Assembly (NCBI GenBank): GCA_030550275.1
Contig: JAUQPR010000003.1
Span: 69,571-133,570, forward strand
DNA: 64,000 nt
Direction: 5' to 3'
Source: Bacteroidota bacterium
GTDB lineage: Bacteria > Bacteroidota > Ignavibacteria > Kapaibacteriales > HRBIN21
The notes beneath the pieces were generated by a model. The model worked only from the letters and a program-made list of their open reading frames with translations, was not told the DNA's origin and searched no databases. A program made the translations under genes and the position numbers. This document shows, piece after piece, positions 56,935 through 64,000 of this stretch (position 1 is the first letter of the stretch; every line of letters starts with the position of its first letter).

Positions 56935-57542
56935 GGCTCCCTCTGGGCTGAGCTAGACTGCCGGTAGTGTTGTAGCTCCTCGATGTAGGGCGCCAGGAGC
57001 TGGCGCAGCTTCTCTTTGGCTCGGAAGACGCGCACCTTGACGGCGCTCTCGCTGGCTCCGACGATGTGCGCGATTTCGGCGTAGGAGAGCCCAATCTGTT
57101 CGCGCAGGACGAGCGCTTCGCGGTACTCCGGAGGTAGTTGTGCCAGCGCACGGTGAAGGATGGTGCTCAACTCCGCCCGCTCGAGCTGATGCTCTGGAGA
57201 GGAGGATGTCGGCGGCGTATGGAGCTCCTCTTCGAACTCGGTGGTCGGGTGATGGTCCCGCAGAAAGTTGAAGCACAGGTTCCGTGCAATGCGCAGCAGG
57301 AATGCCGGCACATTGGTCATTGTGCGTTCCTGCTGAGCACTTTGCCAGAAGCGCAGGAAGGTCTCCTGGAACACGTCCTGTGCGTCCTGCCGATTGCCCA
57401 AGATGCGGGCGCAGTAGCTGTAAACCCGCTGGCTGTATCGGGCGTAGAGTTCGTGGAACGCAGCTTCGGCACGCTGGCGGTTTGGCGAGCCCATCAGAGC
57501 AAAGAGTTCCTCATCGCTACAGTTGGCAAGCGGGCGCTTCAT
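56931..57542 (-). CDS. ECF RNA polymerase sigma factor
   Basis: Region 2 (DAQDVFQETFLR, FLLRIARN) and region 4 (LPPEYREALVLRE..GLSYAEIA..VKVRVFRAKEKL). Confidence 0.93.
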   Translation of the reverse strand: MKRPLANCSDEELFALMGSPNRQRAEAAFHELYARYSQRVYSYCARILGNRQDAQDVFQETFLRFWQSAQQERTMTNVPAFLLRIARNLCFNFLRDHHPTTEFEEELHTPPTSSSPEHQLERAELSTILHRALAQLPPEYREALVLREQIGLSYAEIAHIVGASESAVKVRVFRAKEKLRQLLAPYIEELQHYRQSSSAQREP

Positions 57543-57651
57543 GCCGCGCGTAATAACCCACACCGAGGGGCTTGGTTACGCAAGATAGCGCTTTCCCGGC
57601 ACGTGGAGCCATCGCTGTAATTTTGAGAACTTTTCCAGGCGCACCGAACCG

Positions 57652-58848
57652 ATGCAGCGGCTGCCGAACCTGGTGTGGCTTTTGGGCTGGATCAGCCTGT
57701 GCACGGATTTCGCCAGCGAGATGCTCTACCCCGTTGTGCCGCTCTTTTTGGTGCATGGACTTGGGGCGTCGCCGGTCGTGCTCGGGATTATCGAGGGGAG
57801 CTCGGAGGCGCTTGTGGGGCTTCTCAAGGGCGTGATTGGGCGGTGGTCCGATCGGGTTGGACGTCGGCGCGAATTCGTCATCGCGGGGTATACGCTTTCA
57901 GGGCTTGTCAAACCCATCCCTGCAGTGTTGCCGGTATGGTGGAGCGTGTTCGGGGGGAAGCTACTGGACCGGCTGGGCAAAGCGCTGCGGACGGCGCCGC
58001 GGGATGCCCTGCTGGCAGCGGTGGCTCCGGAGGGGCAGCGCGGACGCGTCTTTGGATTCCACCGTTCGATGGATACGTGGGGCGCCGTGCTTGGACCCTT
58101 GGCAGCATTGGGGTGGCTCGGCTGGATGCCCGGGGCGTATCGGGAGCTGTTCGCCTTGACCCTTGTGCCCTCGGTAGTAGCGATTGTGCTGAGCTGGCGG
58201 ATTCGCGAACCTCGTGTGGGCACACCGAGCCGTGCTTCGGCGACGCCGGAGCGCTCTGCGACCAGGATGCGGCTTCCCGGCTCTGTATACCGCGCGCTTC
58301 TCTTCTGGGGAGCGTTCGCGATCGGATTCCCCGGGATGGCGTTTGTGGTGTTGAGATTGCGTGAGTTCGGCAACGATCTCTTCGCGCTGGGGGCGTACAC
58401 TGGATATAACCTGCTCTACGCGGTAGCGGCAGCGCCGATGGGGCGGCTCTCTGACCGGTTTGGACGGCGGGCGGTGCTGCAATTGGGTGTGCTGCTGTGC
58501 GCGGTCGCATGTGCTGTGCTGGCAATTGGGAGAAGCGCAGTCATTGCACCTCTGGCGGTTGTGGGGTTGGGGGTGGGCATGGCAGCGCTGGAGACGGCTT
58601 CGCGCGCCTGGATCGCCGATATCACCACCGCTGAGGTGCGGGGAACGGCGTTGGGGCTCTACGCTACTGTGGGGAGCATCGCCGCATTCGGGGCAGCGCT
58701 CTGGGCGGGATGGCTGTGGGAGCACTTCGGAGCGGCGGCGCCCTTCCTCTGGGCGCTGGGATGCAGTGGTTGTGCGTTCGCGCTCCTGTGGCGGGTTCCA
58801 CCGGCGGAGGAGAGCCATGCTCAAGGAATTGCTCAAGCCCGAGATTGA
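57652..58848 (+). CDS. MFS transporter
   Basis: DFASEM, GRWSDRVGRR, DRLGKALRTAPRDAL and GRLSDRFGRR. Confidence 0.9.
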   Translation: MQRLPNLVWLLGWISLCTDFASEMLYPVVPLFLVHGLGASPVVLGIIEGSSEALVGLLKGVIGRWSDRVGRRREFVIAGYTLSGLVKPIPAVLPVWWSVFGGKLLDRLGKALRTAPRDALLAAVAPEGQRGRVFGFHRSMDTWGAVLGPLAALGWLGWMPGAYRELFALTLVPSVVAIVLSWRIREPRVGTPSRASATPERSATRMRLPGSVYRALLFWGAFAIGFPGMAFVVLRLREFGNDLFALGAYTGYNLLYAVAAAPMGRLSDRFGRRAVLQLGVLLCAVACAVLAIGRSAVIAPLAVVGLGVGMAALETASRAWIADITTAEVRGTALGLYATVGSIAAFGAALWAGWLWEHFGAAAPFLWALGCSGCAFALLWRVPPAEESHAQGIAQARD

Positions 58849-60163
58849 GGAGCTCCTGCGTGAGCGCCGCTGGAGCGAGCTGCGGGAAGCCCTGGCGGAT
58901 TGGCAGGCTCCGGAGATCGCCGAGCTGCTTTTGGAGCTGGACAAAGCCGATCGCATCATCCTCTTCCGGGCGCTCCCGCGCTGGATTGCCGCAGAGGTCT
59001 TCTCCTACCTGGAGCCAGCACAGCAGGATGCATTGCTGCGGGAGCTCACCGACCAGGAGACCCGAGAGCTCCTGCGCCAGCTCAGCCCAGACGATCGCAC
59101 GGCACTCCTGGAGGAGATGCCCGCCGAGGTTACCCGCCGCCTGCTAACGCTGCTCAAGCCCGAAGACTTCCGCGAAGCCAGCTTCCTGCTGGGCTTCCCC
59201 GAGCAGAGCGTCGGGCGCTTGATGACCCCGGAATTCGTGGCACTGCTCCCCTATTGGACCGTCAGAGAGGCACTCGAGTACCTGCGCCGCTATGGACGCG
59301 ACAGCGAGACGCTCAACCACCTCTACGTCACCGATGACGAGGGGCACCTGCTCGGCGAGGTCCCACTGCGCACGTTGGTCCTTGCCCCCGAGCATGCCGT
59401 CATCGCGGATGTGATGAACTACTCGGTCGTGAGCCTCTCTGCTTTCGAGGACCGCGAGACCGCCGTGCACATGATGCAGAAGTACGACCTTTCGGTCTTG
59501 CCGGTGGTGGATTCCGACGGCGTGCTGCTGGGCATCGTGACCTTCGATGATGTCATGGACGTCTCGGTCGAGGAGGTGACCGAGGACTTCCAAAAGATTG
59601 CTGCTGTAGCCCCCATCGAGTTCCCGTACCGCGAGGCATCGGTCTGGCATCTCTGGAAGCGCCGAGTGGGATGGCTGTTGCTGCTCCTGGTGTCGGACTT
59701 CCTCACCTCCACGGTGATCGCCACGTATGAGGGGGCGATTCAGCGCATCATCGAGCTGAGCTTCTTCATCCCGGTGGTCATCGGTACGGGGGGCAACGTT
59801 GCGACGCAGTCGGCAACGATTATCGTGCGTGCGTTGGCGCTGCGGGAGATCGTGCCGCGGGATTGGCTGCGGGTGTTCTTCAAGGAACTTGCCGTTGGAG
59901 CTGCTCTGGGCAGTGCGCTGGCGCTGGTGGTGTGGCTGCGAGGCTTCTTCTGGCGGGGCGGACCCGAGGTAGCGCTCGTTGTGGGCATGAGCATGCTGTT
60001 TGTGACGATTTGGTCCAATCTCGTCGCCTCCGTCTTCCCCGTCCTTGCCAAGCGCGTGGGAATAGACCCGGCGCTCATCTCCGGTCCGTTCCTGACGACC
60101 TTCATTGACGTCACGGGGTTGCTGATCTACTTCAACGTGGCTGAGTGGTTGCTGCTGAGGTAG
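58817..60163 (+). CDS. mgtE: Magnesium transporter MgtE
   Basis: MgtE N-domain, CBS pair, [10 protein letters not shown] and [15 protein letters not shown]. Confidence 0.95.
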   Translation: MLKELLKPEIEELLRERRWSELREALADWQAPEIAELLLELDKADRIILFRALPRWIAAEVFSYLEPAQQDALLRELTDQETRELLRQLSPDDRTALLEEMPAEVTRRLLTLLKPEDFREASFLLGFPEQSVGRLMTPEFVALLPYWTVREALEYLRRYGRDSETLNHLYVTDDEGHLLGEVPLRTLVLAPEHAVIADVMNYSVVSLSAFEDRETAVHMMQKYDLSVLPVVDSDGVLLGIVTFDDVMDVSVEEVTEDFQKIAAVAPIEFPYREASVWHLWKRRVGWLLLLLVSDFLTSTVIATYEGAIQRIIELSFFIPVVIGTGGNVATQSATIIVRALALREIVPRDWLRVFFKELAVGAALGSALALVVWLRGFFWRGGPEVALVVGMSMLFVTIWSNLVASVFPVLAKRVGIDPALISGPFLTTFIDVTGLLIYFNVAEWLLLR

Positions 60164-60168
60164 TGGAG

Positions 60169-61128
60169 ATGCCGTCTGTGCATACACTCCGGCGGGTGGT
60201 CATCACGGGTGGAGCAGGATTCTTGGGGTCGCACCTCTGCGACCGCTTCGTGGCGGAGGGGTACGAGGTGGTCTGCATTGACAATTTGCTGACCGGCTCG
60301 GTGGACAACATCGCCCACCTGTTGGGGCACCGGCGATTCCGCTTTGTGCACTACGACGTGACGAACTACCTCTACGTCGAGGGCGAGCTCTTTGCGGTGT
60401 TGCACTTTGCTTCGCCGGCTTCCCCGAAGGACTACCAGATGCACCCCATTCACACGCTCAAGGTGGGCTCGTTGGGAACCCACAAGGCGTTGGGGTTGGC
60501 AAAAGCCAAGGGAGCCCGCTTCCTGCTTGCCAGCACCAGCGAGGTTTACGGCGACCCATTGGTGCACCCGCAGCCGGAGGAGTACTGGGGAAATGTCAAT
60601 CCCATCGGGGTGCGTGGAGTCTACGACGAAGCAAAGCGCTTCGCCGAAGCGATGACGATGGCGTACCACCGCTACCACGGGCTCCAGACGCGGATTGCGC
60701 GGATCTTCAACACCTACGGACCGCGCATGCGCATGGATGATGGGCGGGCAATCCCGACCTTTATCGTGCAGGCGTTGCGGGGAGAGCCCTTGACAGTCTA
60801 CGGCGATGGGCGGCAGACCCGCTCGGTCTGCTACGTGGACGATATGGTCGAGGGGCTCTACCGGCTGCTGCTGTCGGAGGTTGTCGAACCGGTCAATTTG
60901 GGCAATCCGGACGAGGTCTCCGTGCTGCAGCTTGCCGAGGAGATTCGACAGCTTGTGGGGGCGAACAGCCCGATTGTGTTCGAGCCGTTGCCGCAGGACG
61001 ATCCCCGCGTGCGTCGCCCCGATATTCGCCGGGCTCAGGAGCTATTGGGCTGGGAGCCGACAGTGGAGCGCCGAGAGGGCTTGCTGCGGACGATAGCGGA
61101 TTTCCGCAAGCGGCTGGGGTGTTGCTGA
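60169..61128 (+). CDS. UDP-glucuronate decarboxylase-like NAD-dependent epimerase/dehydratase
   Basis: [33 protein letters not shown] and [10 protein letters not shown]. Confidence 0.92.
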   Translation: MPSVHTLRRVVITGGAGFLGSHLCDRFVAEGYEVVCIDNLLTGSVDNIAHLLGHRRFRFVHYDVTNYLYVEGELFAVLHFASPASPKDYQMHPIHTLKVGSLGTHKALGLAKAKGARFLLASTSEVYGDPLVHPQPEEYWGNVNPIGVRGVYDEAKRFAEAMTMAYHRYHGLQTRIARIFNTYGPRMRMDDGRAIPTFIVQALRGEPLTVYGDGRQTRSVCYVDDMVEGLYRLLLSEVVEPVNLGNPDEVSVLQLAEEIRQLVGANSPIVFEPLPQDDPRVRRPDIRRAQELLGWEPTVERREGLLRTIADFRKRLGCC

Positions 61129-61174
61129 AGTGGCAAAAGCCCTATTTTCGTGCCAAAACTCCTCGGGCTGGTGC

Positions 61175-62200
61175 ATGGCGGAGCGGAATCCATTGCTGCG
61201 ACCGGAGCGCATGGCAGAGGATGTCGAAGAGGCGCAACTGCGCCCACGCTCCTTTGCCGAGTTCATCGGGCAGCGCAGCGTTGTGGAGAATCTCAAGGTC
61301 TTTGTCGCAGCGGCTCGGCAGCGCGGCGAGGCGCTCGACCACGTGCTGCTGACCGGTCCGCCAGGGCTGGGCAAGACGACGCTGGCAACGATCATTGCCC
61401 GCGAGATGGGCGCAGAATTCCGCATGGTCTCCGGTCCGGTGTTGGAGCGCCCGGGGGACCTGGCGGGGCTGCTGACCACGTTGCCCGAGGGCGCCGTCGT
61501 GCTCATTGATGAGATCCATCGCCTTTCCCCCAGCGTCGAGGAGTACCTGTACGCGGCGATGGAGGATTTCCGGCTCGACATTGTGATCGACTCCGGTCCG
61601 GCGGCGCGTTCGGTGCAGTTGCGATTGCCCCGCTTTACGCTCGTGGGTGCCACCACACGGCAAGGGCTGCTGAGCGCTCCCCTGCGGTCGCGCTTCGGGA
61701 TCGCGGCACGGCTGGACTACTACGGGACCGAAGAGCTGTGCGCCATTGTGCACCGCACGGCGGCGATCCTCGGCGTGCCCATTGTGCAGGAGGCTGCCTG
61801 GGAGATTGCCCGACGCGCCCGAGGTACTCCCCGCATCGCCAATCGCTTGCTGCGCCGCACCCGAGATTTCGCCCAGGTCAAGGGCGATGGCACCATCACC
61901 CTCCCCATTGCCCAAATGGCACTGCAGGCGCTGGAGGTGGATGAGTTCGGGCTGGACGAGATGGACAAGCGCATCCTGCTGACCATCATTGACAAGTTCG
62001 GTGGAGGACCCGTTGGGCTCAACACCATCGCCGTCGCCGTCGGCGAGGAACCCGATACGCTGGAGGAGGTCTACGAGCCCTTCCTCATCCAGCAGGGGTT
62101 GCTGCGGCGAACTCCTCGAGGGCGGGAGGCGACCGAGCTTGCCTACAGACATCTCCAGCGCGAGCTGAACTCAACGTCCTCGCAACCGCGGCTGTTCTGA
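61175..62200 (+). CDS. ruvB: Holliday junction branch migration helicase RuvB
   Basis: [40 protein letters not shown] and YEPFLIQ. Confidence 0.98.
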   Translation: MAERNPLLRPERMAEDVEEAQLRPRSFAEFIGQRSVVENLKVFVAAARQRGEALDHVLLTGPPGLGKTTLATIIAREMGAEFRMVSGPVLERPGDLAGLLTTLPEGAVVLIDEIHRLSPSVEEYLYAAMEDFRLDIVIDSGPAARSVQLRLPRFTLVGATTRQGLLSAPLRSRFGIAARLDYYGTEELCAIVHRTAAILGVPIVQEAAWEIARRARGTPRIANRLLRRTRDFAQVKGDGTITLPIAQMALQALEVDEFGLDEMDKRILLTIIDKFGGGPVGLNTIAVAVGEEPDTLEEVYEPFLIQQGLLRRTPRGREATELAYRHLQRELNSTSSQPRLF

Positions 62201-62202
62201 GC

Positions 62203-63348
62203 ATGCTGAGCGTTTGGGAACAGCATGAGCTCCTGCATGCCGATGTGGTCATCGTCGGCGGCGGGGTGGTGGGGATGTGGAGCGCTCTGGAGATTGCACG
62301 GCGCCATCCCCGGCTGCGGATCCTCCTGCTGGAGCGCGCCCCGATTCCGTTGGGCGCAAGCACCCGGAACGCCGGCTTTGCCACGATTGGCACCGTAGGG
62401 GAGGCAATAGAGCATGCCCGCTCCGCTGGCACCGAGCGCGTGGCAATGCTCATGGTGGAGCGCTGGCTGGGAATCCGCCGTTGGCTGGAGGAGTTCGACC
62501 CCGAGGAGTTGGGCTACGAGCCCGTCGGAGGCTACGAGCTGATACGCCCGCACGAGGAGCACGTGCGCCACGCCGTTGACTATTGGAATGAGCTGCTGCG
62601 CGACTCCTTCGGCGGGGATGTCTTCGCCGATCGCCCTGAGCTGGTGGCAGAATTTGGGTTCCCACGCGAGCAGGTGCAGACAATTCTTGCCACACCCTAC
62701 GACGGGGCATTGCACACGGGGAGGGCGATCCGGGCACTGCAACTGCGCATCGCACGCATGGGGATCTGGACCATGAGTGGAGCACGAGCGGAAGCGCTCG
62801 AGCCCGCTTCAAGCGGCGTAACGCTGACCTGCTGGGATAGCGCTGCACAGCGGACGCTGACGCTGCGGGCGCGCGTGGTTGCCCTTTGCACCAATGCCTG
62901 GTTGCCGGAGCTGGTGCCGAATTTGGAGATCCGCCCGGCGCGGGGACAAGTTCTGCTGAGCATCCCCTTAGGGCGGCAGTTGTGGTGCGGGACCTTCCAC
63001 ATGGAGGCGGGGTTTTACTACTTCCGTGCGCTCGGGACGCGTCTGCTGCTGGGCGGAGGACGCCACCGGGCAATGCAGGAGGAGGAGACCTACGAGTTCG
63101 CGCTCAATCCCTTTGTGCAGAAGCACCTGGAGGAGCTTGCCCGCAGCCTGCTCCCACCGGATGTGGAGTTTGCCGTGCAGACTCGTTGGTGCGGCATCAT
63201 GGGGATGGCACCGGACCGGCTCCCACGGGTGCAGCATGTGGGGGAGCGCACGGTGGTGGGATTCGGGTGCAACGGCATGGGTATGGCGCTTGCCCCGCGC
63301 ATTGGGGCGCAGGTGGCAACCTTGGTGGAGGAGTGGCTGGCGGCTTGA
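62203..63348 (+). CDS. FAD-dependent oxidoreductase (DAO family)
   Basis: IVGGGVVG, GASTRNAGF, RGQVL and GCNGMGMA. Confidence 0.88.
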   Translation: MLSVWEQHELLHADVVIVGGGVVGMWSALEIARRHPRLRILLLERAPIPLGASTRNAGFATIGTVGEAIEHARSAGTERVAMLMVERWLGIRRWLEEFDPEELGYEPVGGYELIRPHEEHVRHAVDYWNELLRDSFGGDVFADRPELVAEFGFPREQVQTILATPYDGALHTGRAIRALQLRIARMGIWTMSGARAEALEPASSGVTLTCWDSAAQRTLTLRARVVALCTNAWLPELVPNLEIRPARGQVLLSIPLGRQLWCGTFHMEAGFYYFRALGTRLLLGGGRHRAMQEEETYEFALNPFVQKHLEELARSLLPPDVEFAVQTRWCGIMGMAPDRLPRVQHVGERTVVGFGCNGMGMALAPRIGAQVATLVEEWLAA

Positions 63349-63392
63349 GTGCCCCTGTATGTTGCGGCAAGTCCGTAAAATTGCACCCAAAC

Positions 63393-63465
63393 GCCAACGT
63401 AGCTCAGCTGGTAGAGCAGCTCACTCGTAATGAGCAGGTCGGGGGTTCGAATCCCCCCGTTGGCT
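63393..63465 (+). tRNA. tRNA-Thr(CGT)
   Basis: GCCAACGTAGCTCAGCTGGTAGAGCA-GCTCA-CTCGTAA-TGAGC-AGGTCGGGGGTTCGAATCCCCCCGTTGGCT. CCA is not encoded. Confidence 0.95.
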
Positions 63466-63477
63466 CATCTCCCCGCG

Positions 63478-64000
63478 TCATGGTTGCTCCTCTGGGCGTG
63501 CTGCTGCGGCTTTGCGGAGGCGGTCCATCAGCGCAGCATTGCGTTGCACTTCTGGAGTGCACACGACCACGATGGAGCGAATCCCTGCTCGATCGGCGGC
63601 GCGGAACTCTGCGTAGAGCGTTTCTGCGCGCAGGGGGCGAAGGGGAAGCTTGAGGGGAAACGGCGCCGCCTCAGGCGCCAGGACAATGCTGGAGGTGAGG
63701 GGCTCGGTGCGGAGCACATGCTGCAGCTCCTCCCACGAGAACACCAGCAGCACGCGGGCATTGGGAGCGTAGTGGCGATACTTCATCCCCGGTGAAGGGG
63801 TGGCGGCAAGTTCCTCACCCTGCCAGTAGGTCACGGGCTCTCCAAGGACGCGCGCAAGCTGCTCAGCGGTGATCGCCCCTGGGCGAAGGATGACCGGGGG
63901 CGAGCTCAGCAGGTTGACCACCGTTGACTCCAGCCCAATCTCGCAGGCACCTCCGTCCACCACGGCGGCGATGGCACCATCGAGATCCTCCAGGACATGC
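63478..64000 (-). CDS. L-threonylcarbamoyladenylate synthase Sua5/TsaC (5'-truncated by the window edge)
   Basis: HVLEDLDG..VDGGACEIGLESTVV, LRPGAIT and SPGMKYRHYAP, followed by a SUA5 C-terminal domain. Confidence 0.92.
   Translation of the reverse strand, partial: HVLEDLDGAIAAVVDGGACEIGLESTVVNLLSSPPVILRPGAITAEQLARVLGEPVTYWQGEELAATPSPGMKYRHYAPNARVLLVFSWEELQHVLRTEPLTSSIVLAPEAAPFPLKLPLRPLRAETLYAEFRAADRAGIRSIVVVCTPEVQRNAALMDRLRKAAAARPEEQP

Overview
GC-rich, very densely packed bacterial chromosome segment with about 57 protein genes and 2 tRNAs. I found no mobile element, CRISPR array or rRNA. Recurrent Bacteroidota-type TAnnTTTG promoter elements, T9SS cargo and plug genes and flagellar genes together point to an FCB-superphylum organism, possibly Kapabacteria/Ignavibacteria-like (inference). 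Most of the content is housekeeping: clpX, metK, ahcY, lpxH, cdsA, serS, pyk, CCA enzyme, split transketolase, gcvPA, rsmG, trpS, mgtE, ruvB and sua5. Five things stand out. (1) A probable replication origin at about 36.78-37.02 kb: roughly ten DnaA boxes and an apparent GC-skew switch, with no dnaA gene in the window. (2) An ECF sigma factor coupled to an anti-sigma protein built as anti-sigma domain / TM helix / Pro-rich tether / C-terminal beta-barrel, followed by a lipoprotein, i.e. a candidate dual-membrane-spanning signalling system. (3) A fliK-flgD-flgE operon behind a sigma28-like promoter. (4) That operon meets a T9SS cargo-OMP-plug cluster tail-to-tail. (5) A histidine kinase / sigma54 regulator / FapA-like / CheR module. 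All product calls come from recognising motifs by eye; no database searches were run.
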